Positions 40,610 through 50,665 of a stretch of 64,000 bases of DNA are shown one piece after another. This DNA is from Dehalococcoidia bacterium (lineage in GTDB: Bacteria; Chloroflexota; Dehalococcoidia; Lucifugimonadales; UBA3495), in NCBI GenBank assembly GCA_965243255.1, contig CBDEUH010000004.1, positions 693,981 through 757,980 on the forward strand. Reading direction: 5' to 3'. A program made the position numbers and the translations under genes. Below the pieces are notes generated by a model. The model searched no databases, was not told the origin of the DNA, and was given only the letters and a program-made list of their open reading frames with translations. Every line of letters starts with the position of its first letter. Within the stretch, counting starts at the first letter, position 1.

Positions 40610-41712
40610 CGGTCAACCTCGCCCATGTTGATGTCAACGCTGCCCAAGGAGACGATCATATCCGCCAGCTTCCAGCCCAGCAGCAAGTGTTCCGTGATGG
40701 TCAGATTAATCAGGGAGGGCGACCGGATCTTGCAGCGATATGGGGACACTCCGCCGTCGCTGACCAGGTAGAAACCCAGTTCGCCCTTGGAGGCTTCGAC
40801 GCGGCCGTAGGCTTCGGCGCCGGGTTCGGCTCGCAGCACCAGGGGCAGCTCCAGGCGCACCGGCCCCGGCTCAATCTGGGCGATGCACTGGCGCACGATG
40901 CGCAGGCTTTGGCGGACTTCCTGCATTCGCACCCAAAAGCGGTCGTAGTTGTCTCCGTTGCTGCCCAAAGGCACGTCAAAATCAACGAGGTCGTAGGCAT
41001 CGTAGGGCGCTATCTTGCGCCAATCCCAGCTGACGCCGCTGGCCCGCAACACGGGGCCGCTCACTGAGCAGTTGATGGCAACGTCCTTGGGCAGCGGGCT
41101 GACGCCGCGGGTGCGAACCATCAGAATCTCGTTGTTCAGCAGCAGGTTTTCAATCTCTTCCAGTTCGCCCTCAAAGTCGTCCAGGAACCGGTCCAGGGCC
41201 GGCCAGAAGTCGGGCGGGGCGTCGGAGAAAACGCCGCCGGGTCGCATATAGCTCACGGTGATGCGGGCGCCGCAGAGCATCTCGAAGAGGTCGAGGATGC
41301 GCTCGCGACTGCGGAAGGTGTACATCAGCGGCGTGCCGAAGGCGCCCAGCTCCTGCACGAAAAAGCCGACGGCGATAAGGTGGCTGGCGATGCGCTGCAA
41401 CTCGGCGGTGAGCGTCCGCAGGTACTTGCCCCGGGGCGGCGGCTCGATGCCCAGTAGTTGTTCCACCGCGAGGCAATACGCCTGGTTGTTGATCATGGAT
41501 GAGGTGTAGTCCAGCCGGTCCGTCAGCGTAACCACTTGGACGTAGTTGCGTTCCTCGGCCAGCTTCTCGGTGCCCCGGTGCAGGTAGCCCAGCACCGGCT
41601 CCACTTCGACGATGTCCTCACCGTCGAAGGTTATGCGCACTCGAAACACGCCGTGCGTGCTGGGGTGCTGCGGCCCCACGTTGACCGTCATCGGTTCGGT
41701 GCGTATCGTCAT
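40606..41712 (-). CDS. nuoD: complex I subunit D
   Basis: GPQHPSTHGV, GYLHRGTEK, DRLDY, GEVDR. Confidence 0.96.
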   Translation of the reverse strand: MTIRTEPMTVNVGPQHPSTHGVFRVRITFDGEDIVEVEPVLGYLHRGTEKLAEERNYVQVVTLTDRLDYTSSMINNQAYCLAVEQLLGIEPPPRGKYLRTLTAELQRIASHLIAVGFFVQELGAFGTPLMYTFRSRERILDLFEMLCGARITVSYMRPGGVFSDAPPDFWPALDRFLDDFEGELEEIENLLLNNEILMVRTRGVSPLPKDVAINCSVSGPVLRASGVSWDWRKIAPYDAYDLVDFDVPLGSNGDNYDRFWVRMQEVRQSLRIVRQCIAQIEPGPVRLELPLVLRAEPGAEAYGRVEASKGELGFYLVSDGGVSPYRCKIRSPSLINLTITEHLLLGWKLADMIVSLGSVDINMGEVDR

Positions 41713-41736
41713 CGCAGCAGCGTCCCGGGCCCGGAC

Positions 41737-42180
41737 CTAGAGAAAATCCTTGCGCAGCGGATGGCCTTCAAAGCCTTCCCACAGCATAATCCGCTTCATG
41801 TTGGGGTGGCCCTCAAAGCGCACGCCCATCAGGTCCCAGATTTCCCGCTCCTGGAAGTCGGCCCCCCGCCAAACGTTGACCACCGAGGCGGCGCTGGGTT
41901 CTTCCCTTCCATAGACCCGACTGCGGATAACGGCGGTATGCCCCTTGGCCATGGAGGTGAGGTGATAGACGAGCTCGAAGTACTCCACGAAGTCAATGGC
42001 GCTGACGGCGTTGAGGTAGGTGAAATCCAGCTCGGCGTCGTTATGCAGGAAGCTGGCCACGTCGCCCATGGCTTGCGGCCGAACCCATACCGACGAATCG
42101 TTCCATTCAATCACTGCATCCGGCGTTGCTTCCTGCAAGCGCCGGGCCAGTGTTTCGCCGGATAGGGCCACCAGCGTCAC
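41737..42180 (-). CDS. nuoC: complex I subunit C
   Basis: [12 protein letters not shown].., GHPLRKDF. Confidence 0.95.
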   Translation of the reverse strand: MTLVALSGETLARRLQEATPDAVIEWNDSSVWVRPQAMGDVASFLHNDAELDFTYLNAVSAIDFVEYFELVYHLTSMAKGHTAVIRSRVYGREEPSAASVVNVWRGADFQEREIWDLMGVRFEGHPNMKRIMLWEGFEGHPLRKDFL

Positions 42181-42827
42181 GGTTTGAAACTCCCGCTGCC
42201 CAGGTTGCGGTACTTCTTGATTTTCTCGTGGAGCTCCATGATGCCGTACAGCAGGGCGTCCGGGCGAGGCGGGCAGCCCGGAACGTACACGTCAACAGGG
42301 ACAATGTGGTCGACGCCGGGAACCACGCTGTAGGAGCCGAAATAGGGGCCGCCGCTGGTGGCGCAAACGCCCATGGCAATCACCCAGCGCGGTTCCGCCA
42401 TCTGCTCGTAGATGCGCTTGATGGGCGGCGCCATTTTCCAGGTAACCGTGCCGGCCACGATCATCAAGTCGGCCTGGCGCGGCGATGCCCGGAACACCTC
42501 CATCCCGAACCGGGAGATGTCGAAGCGCCCCATGGCGGTGGCCATCATCTCGAAGGCGCAGCAGGCCAGCCCGAAGGACACCGGCCACAGGGCCGACTTG
42601 CGGCTCCAGTTCACCAGCGCGTCCACCGAGGTAACCATCAGGTTGCGCTTCAGGTCGTCGGGCACTTCGATAGCTGGCAACTGGATGGGGGACTGGGAAG
42701 CGGCGATGAGGTCATTCACCGTCTGGCCTTCGGAGCGGTCTATCTCCCACGTGCGGTTGTGCAGCGGGCCGCCGACGCTGGGCAATTCAAAGTGTGTTGA
42801 TTCTGCCACTGCTCCTACCCCTGCCAT
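42177..42827 (-). CDS. nuoB: complex I subunit B
   Basis: [22 protein letters not shown]. Confidence 0.96.
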   Translation of the reverse strand: MAGVGAVAESTHFELPSVGGPLHNRTWEIDRSEGQTVNDLIAASQSPIQLPAIEVPDDLKRNLMVTSVDALVNWSRKSALWPVSFGLACCAFEMMATAMGRFDISRFGMEVFRASPRQADLMIVAGTVTWKMAPPIKRIYEQMAEPRWVIAMGVCATSGGPYFGSYSVVPGVDHIVPVDVYVPGCPPRPDALLYGIMELHEKIKKYRNLGSGSFKP

Positions 42828-43201
42828 TCCAGGTCACGTTTGCGCCAGGCGTAGGCCCACGCCAGCAGCAGGATACCCACGAACACGGCCATCTCGATCA
42901 GGGCGAATAGCTCCAGCGTAAGGAACTTGGTGGCCCACGGATAGAGGAAGACCACCTCAACGTCGAAAATGACGAAGAGGATGGCGAACATATAGTAGCG
43001 GAACTGGAAGCGGTTCCAGGTGCCGCCGATGGTCTGCACACCGCACTCGTAGGTGTCGTGCTTCACCGGGTCAGGCCGGGCGGGTCGGATTCCGAACCTG
43101 GCCAACCCGTAGGAGGCCACCAGCATACTGCACGGCACTACCACCGAAAGGGCAAGGAAGATGGCAATTAGACCGTATTGGCCGAAGTAGTCTTCAAGCA
43201 T
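42815..43201 (-). CDS. nuoA: complex I subunit A
   Basis: YECG, FVIFDVE..FLYPWA, LEW. Confidence 0.95.
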   Translation of the reverse strand: MLEDYFGQYGLIAIFLALSVVVPCSMLVASYGLARFGIRPARPDPVKHDTYECGVQTIGGTWNRFQFRYYMFAILFVIFDVEVVFLYPWATKFLTLELFALIEMAVFVGILLLAWAYAWRKRDLEWQG

Positions 43202-43382
43202 AATCGCGGCATCCCACGCCGGTTCCCTCTAGCGTCCGGCTGAATGGGCGGCGGCATTATAGCATAACCAACAACTGATGGCAGGAGATTTTGGCCGGGA
43301 TTGACCGGTACCGCGAAAGATACTAACTTAGCTGGTCGTTGGCTACTCGCCGCACCAAATCTCCCTCCGTGAGCCCCGCCTT

Positions 43383-44267
43383 ATGTCCACCAACCATAGC
43401 ACCGACGATTGGGTTAGCCGCTACGTCGAAGCCAACGGCATCAGCCATCATTACCTGGAATGGGGCGACCCGGACGCTCCGCCCGTGTTGATGCTCCACG
43501 CCACGGGCCTCTGCGCCTGGCCCTGGAAACCAATAGCTCGCCAGTTGGCCCGCACCTACCGCGTTTTGGCCTTCGACCAGCGGGGGCACGGCGATACCGA
43601 CGCCTCGGACAAGGGTTATCGCTTTGAGTATGCTGGCGAGGATCTGGCGGCCATCGTTGACGCTATGGAGTTGCCGCGTCCGCGGGTTATCGGCCATTCC
43701 TCCGGCGGTCTGGCCACCATCATCGCCGCCAACCTGCTGCCCAATCGCTTTGGCCCGGTGGTGCTGGTGGAAACCCGCGTCAGCAACGACGCTGCCACTG
43801 CGCCGACCCAGGACCTGAACCGGCGGGCCGAGCGCACCCGCATGAAGCGCTCGGTGTGGGAGTCGCGGGCGGCAATGTACGACGGTTATCGCAACCGCGC
43901 CGCGTTCAAGGACTGGCAGGATGAACCATACCGGGAGTTTATCGAGGGCGGCACCCGGCTGTTGCCCGATGGCCGCGCCGAATTGAAATGCCATCCGGAA
44001 ACGGAAGCAACCTTCTACGGTATCCGTGATGGCCTGCCGGTGCAGAACTACCTGCATGGATTGTCCGGCGATTGGCTCCTGCTGCTGGCCGATTATCCGG
44101 GATGCCAGAAAATCGATGACCCCGGCATAGGCCAGTTCCGCCAACTGGTGGCCGGCTCGGCAGTCAAACCCATGGGCAAGGGCAGCCACTTCTTGCCCAT
44201 GGAATATCCTGACGACGTGCTGGCGGCGGCGACGGCCTGGTTTGACGCCAAACCCGATGCGCCGTAA
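43383..44267 (+). CDS. alpha/beta hydrolase
   Basis: DQRGHG, GHSSGG nucleophile elbow, HFLPME. Confidence 0.87.
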   Translation: MSTNHSTDDWVSRYVEANGISHHYLEWGDPDAPPVLMLHATGLCAWPWKPIARQLARTYRVLAFDQRGHGDTDASDKGYRFEYAGEDLAAIVDAMELPRPRVIGHSSGGLATIIAANLLPNRFGPVVLVETRVSNDAATAPTQDLNRRAERTRMKRSVWESRAAMYDGYRNRAAFKDWQDEPYREFIEGGTRLLPDGRAELKCHPETEATFYGIRDGLPVQNYLHGLSGDWLLLLADYPGCQKIDDPGIGQFRQLVAGSAVKPMGKGSHFLPMEYPDDVLAAATAWFDAKPDAP

Positions 44268-44312
44268 CATCGCGGCAACCGGCACTTCGCTTTAGTGTTT
44301 CAGGATATCAAC

Positions 44313-45563
44313 ATGACCGACGGCTCCGCCGCCAACGCCGCTGCTACATCCTCCGGGCCTCTCGCTGGGCTGCGCGTTCTTGACCTCTCTATCATCGTCG
44401 CTGGGGGCACGGCGTCGTCGCTCATGGCCGATTTTGGCGCGGAGGTAGTCAAGGTGGAACGCCCCGGCGCTGGCGACCCGCTGCGCAACTGGGGGCCCTT
44501 CTACAACGGGGTATCGCTGTGGTGGAAAGTCCATTCGCGCAATAAGCAGTCCATCACGTTGAATATGGCCTCTGCCGAAGGGCAGGACTTGCTGAAGCGA
44601 ATGGCCGCCCAGGCCGACGTGCTGATTGAAGGCTTCCGGCCCGGCACGTTGGAACGCTGGAACCTGGGGCCCGCGGACCTGCACGCCGCCGACGTGAACC
44701 CCGGGTTGGTCATGCTGCGGTTCTCGGGATTCGGGCAGACCGGTCCCTACAAGGACCGGCCCGGCTTCGGGACCATCGCCGAGTGCATGAGCGGTTACAT
44801 CGGCATGACGGGCTTCCCGGACACTCCGCCCAACCTGCCGCCGATTCCCCTGGCCGATGAGATCGCCGGCGTCTTCGGCGCCATGGCGGGCATGATGGCG
44901 ATTTACCGCCGGGATACCGACCGTCGCAACGGACTGCCCGGCGCCGGCCAGGTGGTTGACCTCAGTCTCTTCGAGCCACTGTTCCGGCTGTGCATCCCGC
45001 ATCTGACCATTTACGACAAGCTGGGCGAAATCCGCGAGCGGGTGGGCAACGATTTTCCGGACGCCGCGCCGCGCAGCCTCTACCGCACCGACGACGAACG
45101 CTGGCTTGGGCTGTCGGCAACGTCGCAGAACACCTGGGAGGGACTGGCCCGGGCCATGGGATTGGACGCGCTGCTGGGCGACCCACGTTTTACCAACAAC
45201 GCCGCTCGCTTGAAAAACAAGGATGCCCTCAGCGAAATCCTGCAAGGGTGGCTGGGTAGCCGCCAAACCGACGACATAATGGACGAGCTGATCCCGGCCG
45301 GCGGCGTGGTCGGCCCGGTGTATAACAGCGCGGACATTATGGAAGATCCGCACTACCAGGAGCGGGACGATATCGTCGGCATTGACGACCCGGAGCTGGG
45401 CAGCACGAAGATGCTGGGCCTGGTGCCCAAGTTCAGCGATACTCCCGGCGAACTTCGCCACCTGGGGCCGACGGTCGGGCAGCACAACGCCGACGTATAT
45501 GGCCGTTGGCTGGGATTGACCGGTGACGATCTGACCGCCCTGTCCGCCGAGGGTGTCATCTGA
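44313..45563 (+). CDS. family III CoA transferase (CaiB/BaiF)
   Basis: PLAGLRVLD, GAEVVKVE, RNKQS, FRPG, SGFGQTGP. Confidence 0.92.
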   Translation: MTDGSAANAAATSSGPLAGLRVLDLSIIVAGGTASSLMADFGAEVVKVERPGAGDPLRNWGPFYNGVSLWWKVHSRNKQSITLNMASAEGQDLLKRMAAQADVLIEGFRPGTLERWNLGPADLHAADVNPGLVMLRFSGFGQTGPYKDRPGFGTIAECMSGYIGMTGFPDTPPNLPPIPLADEIAGVFGAMAGMMAIYRRDTDRRNGLPGAGQVVDLSLFEPLFRLCIPHLTIYDKLGEIRERVGNDFPDAAPRSLYRTDDERWLGLSATSQNTWEGLARAMGLDALLGDPRFTNNAARLKNKDALSEILQGWLGSRQTDDIMDELIPAGGVVGPVYNSADIMEDPHYQERDDIVGIDDPELGSTKMLGLVPKFSDTPGELRHLGPTVGQHNADVYGRWLGLTGDDLTALSAEGVI

Positions 45564-45564
45564 T

Positions 45565-46164
45565 ATGTCGGCGCCCACTCTCCTCGTCGCCACTCGCAAC
45601 CCGGGCAAGATGCGTGAGTACCGGGAGCTGCTGGCCGACTACTCCGGCCGCCTCATCTCGCTGGACGATGCGGGAATCCCGGACGAAGTGGAGGAAACCG
45701 GCGACACCTTCCTGGCCAACGCCCACCTCAAGGCGGCCACCTACGCTGCCCTCTCCGGCCAGCTGACCGTCTCGGACGACTCCGGGTTGGAGGTCCATGC
45801 CCTGGGCGGCGCGCCCGGCGTTTATTCGGCCCGCTACGGTGGGGATGCCTGCCACTCTGACGCTGATCGGGTGGATCTGTTGCTGCGTAACCTGGAAGGA
45901 ATCCCCTGGGTGCGGCGCATGGCGCGCTTTCGCTGCTTCACCGCCATCGCCTCGCCTCACGGGATTGTCGCCACCGTCGTCGGTTCCATCGCCGGGGTGA
46001 TACAATACGAACCGACGGGAGAGCACGGCTTCGGCTATGATCCGGTTTTCCATCTGCCATCCTACGGCAAATCCATGGCCGAGTTGCCTTTGGAGCAGAA
46101 GAACCTGATCAGTCACCGCGCCGACGCCGCCCGCAAAGCTCGAAACATCCTGAACGCGCTATGA
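45565..46164 (+). CDS. rdgB: RdgB/HAM1 non-canonical purine NTP pyrophosphatase
   Basis: ATRNPGK, DDSGL, PGVYSAR, GFGYDPVF, SHR. Confidence 0.94.
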   Translation: MSAPTLLVATRNPGKMREYRELLADYSGRLISLDDAGIPDEVEETGDTFLANAHLKAATYAALSGQLTVSDDSGLEVHALGGAPGVYSARYGGDACHSDADRVDLLLRNLEGIPWVRRMARFRCFTAIASPHGIVATVVGSIAGVIQYEPTGEHGFGYDPVFHLPSYGKSMAELPLEQKNLISHRADAARKARNILNAL

Positions 46165-47180
46165 TTACCGACCTCTTTGGACGTTCCCTCCGCGACCTGC
46201 GGATATCGGTTACCGACCGATGCAACTTCCGCTGTCCGTACTGCATGCCGGCCGAAATCTTCGGCGAGGCGTACCAGTTCCTGCCCAAGGACGAAATTCT
46301 CACCTTCGAGGAAATCGCCCGCCTCGCCGGGCTGTTCGTGCAGCTGGGCGTCGATAAGCTACGCATCACCGGCGGCGAACCGCTGCTGCGGGTTGACCTG
46401 CCGAAGCTCATCGGCCAGTTGGCTGCCATCCCGGGCGCCGACGACATCACCCTCACCACCAACGGGTATCTGCTGGCCCAGCAGGCCCACCAGCTGGGCG
46501 ACGCCGGTCTGGGCCGCATCACGGTGAGCCTGGACACGCTGGACGATGAGATATTCAAGCGGATGAATGGCCGGGGCTTTGGCACTCGCCGAGTCCTGGA
46601 CGGGATCAAGCGGGCCGCCGACGCCGGGTTGACTCCGGTCAAGATTAACGCCGTGGTGCAGAAAGGCGTCAACGATCACACCATCGTTGACCTGGCCCGG
46701 CATTTCAAGGGCACGGGGCACATCGTCCGTTTCATCGAGTACATGGACGTGGGCAACCGCAACGGCTGGAAGCTGGATGAGGTTGTGCCGGCGTCGGAGA
46801 TTGTGGCCCGTATTGACGCCGAGATGCCGCTGGAACCCGCAGATGCCAACTACGTCGGGGAGGTTGCCCGACGCTGGCGCTACCGGGATGGCGACGGCGA
46901 GATCGGCGTAATCGCATCGGTAACGCAACCTTTCTGCGCGGACTGCACCCGGGCCCGGTTGTCCACCGACGGACGGCTCTATACCTGCCTCTTCGCCACG
47001 GATGGGGTTGACCTGCGCGGGCCGATGCGGGACGGCGCGACGGACGCCGAGCTGCTGGAAATTATCACCGGCATCTGGAGCGTGCGCCAGGACCGGTACT
47101 CTGAAATCCGCACCGAAATCACCGCCGGCGAAAGCGGTGAAGGCCGCCCCAAAGTCGAGATGTACCAGATTGGAGGGTAA
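46161..47180 (+). CDS. moaA: GTP 3',8-cyclase
   Basis: [25 protein letters not shown]-terminal IGG. Confidence 0.97.
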   Translation: MITDLFGRSLRDLRISVTDRCNFRCPYCMPAEIFGEAYQFLPKDEILTFEEIARLAGLFVQLGVDKLRITGGEPLLRVDLPKLIGQLAAIPGADDITLTTNGYLLAQQAHQLGDAGLGRITVSLDTLDDEIFKRMNGRGFGTRRVLDGIKRAADAGLTPVKINAVVQKGVNDHTIVDLARHFKGTGHIVRFIEYMDVGNRNGWKLDEVVPASEIVARIDAEMPLEPADANYVGEVARRWRYRDGDGEIGVIASVTQPFCADCTRARLSTDGRLYTCLFATDGVDLRGPMRDGATDAELLEIITGIWSVRQDRYSEIRTEITAGESGEGRPKVEMYQIGG

Positions 47181-47190
47181 CGTCCCAGCC

Positions 47191-47700
47191 ATGACCGCCG
47201 AGAACCCTGCCAAACCCGCCGATCAGTTGACGCACCTGGCCGAGGACGGCAGCGCGCGCATGGTGGACGTGGGCTGGAAGCCGGTAACCGACCGCATGGC
47301 CCAGGCGGCCGGCCATGTGGTGATGCAGCCGGAGACGCTGGCCTTAATCCGGGACGGGCTGATGAAGAAGGGGGACGTGCTGACCATCGCGCAGTTGGCC
47401 GGCATCATGGGGGCAAAGCGCACGTCGGAACTGATTCCGCTGTGCCATCCGCTGCCGTTGAACAAGGTGGACGTTGAGCTGGAGCTGGACGAAGGCGGCA
47501 GCCGGGTCAACATCGTGGCCACCGCCACCACCTCTGGCAAGACCGGCGTGGAGATGGAAGCCTTGACCGCCGTCAGCGTGGCGGCGCTGACCATCTACGA
47601 TATGTGCAAGGCGGTGGACCGGGCGGTGCAGATTGACGGTGTGCGGCTGTTGCGCAAGACGGGCGGGCAGTCGGGGGATGTTGATCTCACGGGCGATTAG
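47191..47700 (+). CDS. moaC: cyclic pyranopterin monophosphate synthase
   Basis: LTH...[28 protein letters not shown]. Confidence 0.96.
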   Translation: MTAENPAKPADQLTHLAEDGSARMVDVGWKPVTDRMAQAAGHVVMQPETLALIRDGLMKKGDVLTIAQLAGIMGAKRTSELIPLCHPLPLNKVDVELELDEGGSRVNIVATATTSGKTGVEMEALTAVSVAALTIYDMCKAVDRAVQIDGVRLLRKTGGQSGDVDLTGD

Positions 47701-48062
47701 CCCCCGCGCCGGCGTAGTTCCTCCGAGAGGGCGCGGATTGCGGCAGCCAGGTACACCAGGTACTCCTCGGCGGTGACGTCGTCGAGGGGTTTGAACTCCT
47801 CAACCTGGTCAACCTCCAGGACGCCGACGACGCCGGGAATGGCCGCTACGTCCAACTCGGCGATCATGCCATCGGGAGTTACGACGACGCAGCCGCGGTC
47901 GGTGCGGGGCGCGAGGGCCGGTTCCAGCTCCACGGCCTGGATGGTGCTCATGCCCAGGAAGGCGGGAAAGGGGTCCAGGCGAGCGCACAGTTCGGCGAGG
48001 GCGGTTTCGAGCCTGGCGATGGACTCGGCGAGGAGGTCGTCAACTGTGGTTGGGGTGGTCAT
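47697..48062 (-). CDS. hypothetical protein
   Basis: Normal-looking ORF converging on moaC; LDPFPAF..M, GCVVV.PDG. Confidence 0.6.
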   Translation of the reverse strand: MTTPTTVDDLLAESIARLETALAELCARLDPFPAFLGMSTIQAVELEPALAPRTDRGCVVVTPDGMIAELDVAAIPGVVGVLEVDQVEEFKPLDDVTAEEYLVYLAAAIRALSEELRRRGG

Positions 48063-48168
48063 CTGAAGGCGGTTCGGCGGGCGGCTCGCAATTGACAATC
48101 CGGCGACCCGCCGATTACCATATTCGGGTGCACGGCAGCAGCGGCGACTGGCCCGGGCCGTGCCGGTG

Positions 48169-48243
48169 GGCGACGTAGCTCAGTGGCAGAGCGGGCGCTT
48201 CATAAGCGCTAGGTCGTTGGTTCGAATCCATCCGTCGCCACCA
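48169..48243 (+). tRNA. tRNA with CAT anticodon (probably elongator Met)
   Basis: GGCGACG/CGTCGCC acceptor stem, TTCATAA loop, GTTCGAATC, encoded CCA. Confidence 0.93.
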
Positions 48244-48273
48244 TGCGAAGGCATCGGGTTTCTGCGAAAAATC

Positions 48274-48301
48274 AGGGGGCAGGTTTCAGACCCGCCCCTG
48301 C
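48274..48301. repeat. REP-like palindrome between tRNA and convergent gene
   Basis: AGGGGCAGGTTTCAGACCCGCCCCTGC. Confidence 0.65.
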
Positions 48302-48318
48302 AATCATGTCCGGCGCCG

Positions 48319-49230
48319 TCAGCTTTGCCGGTCATCGAATTCCTCGCCGAGTTCGCTGAGGAACTGCTCGATTTCGGGAGATAGCTCCACCGCTTCGCCG
48401 GCGGCATCGTTCTCGCTGGACTCCACGGTCTCGGCCTCGTTGGAGTCGTAGTAGTCCTCCATCTGCTTGATGAGGCTTTGCAGGTCGGAGTTGCGTTCCA
48501 CGGCGGAGTTCAGTTCGCGGTATTGGCGCTGGCCGCGCCGCACGGGGGCCAGGTCTTCGGGGATATCGGCGTACACCGAGGAGATGGCTTCAATCATCCG
48601 GGCGGTGCCGTTGAAGTCCTCGTCCAACTGGACGTACTGGGGCAGATGGACCATGAAGTTGATGGATTCGACGCCCAGGCGGTCGATGCCGTCGGATACC
48701 AGGTTCATAATGGTGGTCGGGCCCTGGTAGGTGCTCCGCCGGAGTTTGAGGTTGGGGACGGGACGAATCTGTTCGACCGTGCCCAGTGAGCCGGTCACCA
48801 GCAGCGGGCGGGTGTGGGGGACGGTATCGTACATGGCGCCGACGCGGCAGTAGCGCTTGACGCCGAAGGTTTCGACGACTTCCAGGATGGAGTCGGTGTA
48901 GGCTTCGCTGTTGGCGTGGGGTTCGCGCAGGTGCAGGAACAGGAAGTCCGGCCCGTTTTCGGTGGTGGCGTAGCGGATGATGCTGTTGGGGATGCGCACC
49001 CGACGCTCGTTGTCCACCAGCCGCATACTGGGCCGGTAGCGGGTGAAGTCGAAAAACTCGCCCGGGCGTTTCAGGCGGCCCAGCTCCTTGGAACCGAGGT
49101 ATCGCTCCAGCCGGTTCAGGGTCAGGGTGCCTACGCTGCCCACGTCCACCCACGGACGAATCATTGCGAAAACGTGGGGGTCCCGCAGGTCGGGCAACGG
49201 TTCTTGGATGTCAAATGCGCCAATCATCAT
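48319..49230 (-). CDS. PAC2-family (proteasome assembly chaperone-like) protein
   Basis: WVDVG, FFDFTRYRP, EP, VPHTRP, YQGPT, VHLPQY. Confidence 0.82.
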   Translation of the reverse strand: MMIGAFDIQEPLPDLRDPHVFAMIRPWVDVGSVGTLTLNRLERYLGSKELGRLKRPGEFFDFTRYRPSMRLVDNERRVRIPNSIIRYATTENGPDFLFLHLREPHANSEAYTDSILEVVETFGVKRYCRVGAMYDTVPHTRPLLVTGSLGTVEQIRPVPNLKLRRSTYQGPTTIMNLVSDGIDRLGVESINFMVHLPQYVQLDEDFNGTARMIEAISSVYADIPEDLAPVRRGQRQYRELNSAVERNSDLQSLIKQMEDYYDSNEAETVESSENDAAGEAVELSPEIEQFLSELGEEFDDRQS

Positions 49231-49285
49231 AATTGACTATCTTGCCAGACGAGGGCCGGCAATTCAAGACGGGGAAGAGTGCAAG

Positions 49286-50074
49286 TCAGCAGGATAGCTG
49301 GAGTGGGTCGGGGCGCTTGGTGCGGAAGGTTTTTTCCAGGGCGCGGCGCCAGAGAGGGGACAGGGTGATGCGGCTTTGGCTGACGGAGTTATGCCGGTCC
49401 CACAGGTCGGCGTGGCAGGGACAGCGTATAGGGGGACTGCCGAGGTCGTACCAGCCATGGGGGTCGGGTTCGGCGGCCAGGGGCGCGTCGAAGAGGTTGA
49501 AGCGGCTGCGGATTTCGGCGTAGTTGGGCAAGGTGAGGATGTCGCGGGCGGAATGGAGGTCGGGCAGTAGGGGACGGTCGGGCTTGCGGAGCCAGAGCTT
49601 GTGGTAGTGGACGGGTTTGGGTTGGCCGTTGATGAAGGCGGCGACGGCGGTGAGCATGGCGGCAACGCGGCGGCGCAGCCGTCGGAGGGTGATGGCGGTT
49701 CGGGCGCTGGATTCCGGCCGGGGCGGGAATGAAGGTGAGGGGCGTCCTTCGACAGGCTCAGGACGAGCGGGTGGTGCAGGGGGATGGTGAGCGGGGGGTG
49801 AGGCCAGGCGTTGAGGGAAGGAGTAGGTTTGCCGGAAGGTTTTGAGATGGCTGCGGCTGAGGCGCCCGGCAGCTACGGAGAGCTGAAGGGCGTACTCCAG
49901 CCGGCGGCGGCTGTTGTGTTTGAAGCCGTTGTGTACGGCCAGGGCGGTGGCCGCGTGGGAGGCGGCGCGGGACAGGGCCTGGGCGGCCTGGGCTGCGTCA
50001 TCGTGGGACATGGCCCGGTCGGCGCGCTGAAGGAACTCGGTGGCTTTGGCCTGGTGGTATGGGACGGCGCCCAT
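49286..50074 (-). CDS. orphan protein with PaREP1/HEPN-like N-terminus (cargo of element B)
   Basis: A.EFL..A...D..QA...AA.HA..A.A..G pattern; AAGGAGCC RBS at 50084-50091. Confidence 0.6.
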   Translation of the reverse strand: MGAVPYHQAKATEFLQRADRAMSHDDAAQAAQALSRAASHAATALAVHNGFKHNSRRRLEYALQLSVAAGRLSRSHLKTFRQTYSFPQRLASPPAHHPPAPPARPEPVEGRPSPSFPPRPESSARTAITLRRLRRRVAAMLTAVAAFINGQPKPVHYHKLWLRKPDRPLLPDLHSARDILTLPNYAEIRSRFNLFDAPLAAEPDPHGWYDLGSPPIRCPCHADLWDRHNSVSQSRITLSPLWRRALEKTFRTKRPDPLQLSC

Positions 50075-50161
50075 GGTAGTGAAGGCTCCTTGACAGGGGT
50101 TAGGGTTTTTTCATGGATTCACGGAATGGAGGGGATTGTGGGTTGTTCGGTTGGTTGGTGG

Positions 50162-50428
50162 CAGGGTCGATGAGGTTCAGGATGTCGGCGCTACGGCCAG
50201 AGAGCGTGGGCTGCGATGTTGCGTCCTAGAATCCCGCGTGCTGACCGGGGCCGGCTATCCTTCGACAAGCTGGGGATGAGCGGCTAAAGCGGCCCTCGCG
50301 GAGCGGTGGTGACACCCACCGTACTGGTCTATGCCATGCCGGTTAATAGGGCGGCCTCAGGCGATAGCCAGCGTTGCATGGAATCCGACTGATGGTTGAC
50401 CGTGTTGACCTGAACCTCGATGACCCTG
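50162..50428 (-). ncRNA. candidate structured RNA/leader, element B
   Basis: Closing helices 50162-50181 with 50409-50428 and several nested helices; motifs shared with element A. Confidence 0.55.
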
Positions 50429-50510
50429 GTTGTGGCGTGGTTGGATGAAGATGACGTCATCGGTCGGGCGTTGGGCCTTGTACTTCGGCTTTTGGCCTGA
50501 CGTTGGGTAC

Positions 50511-50540
50511 AGCATAGGGAACAGATGTACTGTTATACAA
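50511..50540 (-). promoter_or_regulatory. sigma70 promoter with LexA-type SOS box
   Basis: Minus-strand TTGTAT-N18-TATGCT with GTAC-ATCT-GTTC (50519-50530) in the spacer. Confidence 0.65.
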
Positions 50541-50665
50541 GGGGCCGGTGTCAGTAAAAAGGTTGAAACGATGGGGCGGTTAACCTAGAATGTGGGGCGG
50601 ATTGATCCAGAAATTCGCTTACCGCTCTGGCGCGCTTGCGCCGCTTACCATTGGGAGGCACCGGT

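Noticed and set aside
50162-50428. 6S RNA, retron msr/msd or HEARO identity
   Set aside because: Longer and more branched than typical 6S; no RT or IscB/HNH gene adjacent; no diagnostic motifs recognised
48169-50635. tRNA-anchored genomic island
   Set aside because: No integrase and no duplicated tRNA 3' end seen
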